Assembly: GCA_009859145.1 (NCBI GenBank)
Contig: VRVR01000022.1
Span: forward strand, 248,001-312,000
Source: Andalucia godoyi And28
Taxonomy: Eukaryota > Protista > Jakobida
Reading direction: 5' to 3'
DNA: 64,000 bases
In this document: one piece after another, positions 62,458 to 64,000 of the stretch
Numbering within the stretch: the stretch's first letter is position 1
Layout of the letters: every line of letters starts with the position of its first letter
The notes under the pieces: generated by a model
What the model was told of the DNA's origin: nothing
What the model saw: only the letters and a program-made list of their open reading frames with translations
Database searches by the model: none
Position numbers and translations under genes: made by a program

Positions 62458-64000
62458 TTACTTTCCAGCGGTTGCGGGTACAGCGGGACGAAGAACCAGT
62501 CGAAGAACGACCGTCGCAGGGTCCATCGAACGTTGTAGTGCAACCGCACGGAGCTTTGGCAACAGAATCCAACCACAATCCTTGTTATCCCAGACGAATA
62601 AGCTTTCGATGCGTTCAGGTAAAATACCACCTCTTCTCAAGATGCCAAAGATCATCGGACGCGAGAGTGTCTCGGCAACGACGCCCTCTTGTCGAACCGT
62701 TCGCCAGATCCCAGGTGCGCCGGATACTTGGTACTTCAATAAAATCGGTCTTCCCAGTTCGGGAAAAGCAATTGCAACTTCTTCCGGAGTGTACGCGAAC
62801 TTGTGGAAGGGACGGAAATCAGAGCCCTCAAGACGCGTCGCAGCGGTCAGTGATTTGTAATACCGCGCGTCCGCCACACAAAGCTCCTCCTCGATGCGGA
62901 GCACCTCCAGGTCTTCCACAGAAAGCAGCCTGTTCTTGGAAAACACTCTTTCCAAGAACCCGCGATCATATCGAAGGATAGGTCTCCTGATGAGGACATC
63001 CTCATCGTCCTCGTAATTGTCATCCCGGAGACCAAGTTCATCTGAGCACGCCGTTCGCACACGCTTGGCAGTCCACCGACGAATTTGCTTCTCCAGGGTC
63101 TCCAACTCGTCTCGATCATCATCGCGGCCACCGCTTCCCGTCGACACAGCCCCAGTCCCAGTCCCAGAAGCTTGCACAGGATTTAGACATCCCCTATCTC
63201 GAAGCGGATCGACACGAGCATTCACGTCATCGCCGAAATCCATCAGGTCCATGTCTCGAAGATCATCATCGTTTGCAGCAACATCCGGAAGCTTAGATGC
63301 AATCTGTAGCTTCATCCAGACAAGGGCTTGTGCAGAGTCGGCTGCAACGGTCCCCAGAGAAACAGGGACATTCCCATCCGCGGAGCTCAGCGGATTCGTG
63401 TTTCCGCAGTAGACGCCGCCCGAAGCGACGTTTCCATTGCCGTTCGTGCGATCGACAGGAGCGCCGGTCATCGTGGACAGCTCGTCTCTTCCGGGCATGA
63501 TGCTACCTGGGCCAGCGGTAGGAGTATCCTCTCCAACCAAACTTGACAAATAGCCAAGACCATTGATGACAACGGACGGTCCAGAGAGCGACAAGAGCGA
63601 GCTGGACAATTTCCAATACTCCCGATCCGCCAGCAGCTTGTCTACTTCCGTTCTCCGCCGATCAATCTCTGCAGCGGTACTGCTTCGACTGCCCCGCTGC
63701 CTCTTCTTTCCGTCTATCACATCTACGATGGCGTTCTTGTCGTTCTTTTCCTTGTTCTTTCGCTCCTCTTCAAGGCGCATCTGCTCCATAAACTCCTCTG
63801 GAGCACGCCCGGACTTCCGACAGTCCATGCAAAACCATAGTCCTTTCGGAATCTCGTCCAGCGGCGGATTGCAGCAATACAAGTGGTATGCAGCAGGGCA
63901 GCCATCGCAACAAATCAAAAACCCGCCTTGGAAGCACTGATAGCAGACATCTTCATTGTGCACAGTTTCTTCCAAGTCGCTCGCAGAAGGATGAAGAAGG
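62458..64000 (-). CDS. PHD-finger chromatin protein (5' end truncated by the window edge)
   Basis: [42 protein letters not shown] is a canonical C4HC3 PHD finger. The frame stays open to position 64000. Confidence 0.85.
   Translation of the reverse strand, partial: LLHPSASDLEETVHNEDVCYQCFQGGFLICCDGCPAAYHLYCCNPPLDEIPKGLWFCMDCRKSGRAPEEFMEQMRLEEERKNKEKNDKNAIVDVIDGKKRQRGSRSSTAAEIDRRRTEVDKLLADREYWKLSSSLLSLSGPSVVINGLGYLSSLVGEDTPTAGPGSIMPGRDELSTMTGAPVDRTNGNGNVASGGVYCGNTNPLSSADGNVPVSLGTVAADSAQALVWMKLQIASKLPDVAANDDDLRDMDLMDFGDDVNARVDPLRDRGCLNPVQASGTGTGAVSTGSGGRDDDRDELETLEKQIRRWTAKRVRTACSDELGLRDDNYEDDEDVLIRRPILRYDRGFLERVFSKNRLLSVEDLEVLRIEEELCVADARYYKSLTAATRLEGSDFRPFHKFAYTPEEVAIAFPELGRPILLKYQVSGAPGIWRTVRQEGVVAETLSRPMIFGILRRGGILPERIESLFVWDNKDCGWILLPKLRAVALQRSMDPATVVLRLVLRPAVPATAGK

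Overview
Gene-dense, intron-poor eukaryotic nuclear DNA from a flagellated, mitochondriate protist (about 27 protein genes and one tRNA-Arg, with short AT-rich spacers). The compact layout would fit a jakobid-like genome, but the species cannot be determined from the sequence. Recognisable genes: STN1, mitoribosomal uS9m and mS45, ORMDL, OGFOD1/Tpa1, NBS1, a UspA protein, BUB3, a CDK20-like kinase, a RalGAP-like protein, a GH63-like glycosidase, an SMCHD1-like GHKL/hinge protein, TIM13, a Furry/Tao3-like HEAT protein fused to an RGS domain, a multi-C2 CEP76-like protein, an RlmM-like methyltransferase, SmF, CFAP210, proteasome alpha4 and PPAN. The main result is absent from the ORF track because of frameshifts. 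The intergenic regions on either side of the CEP76-like gene each hold a decayed Fanzor2/TnpB-type (RNA-guided nuclease) element, at about 46.7-47.1 kb and 52.25-52.65 kb. Each is followed by a homologous structured RNA (putative omegaRNA) with compensatory base changes, and both end in the same ATGTAGGCG motif. All gene calls come from remembered family motifs; no database search was run.
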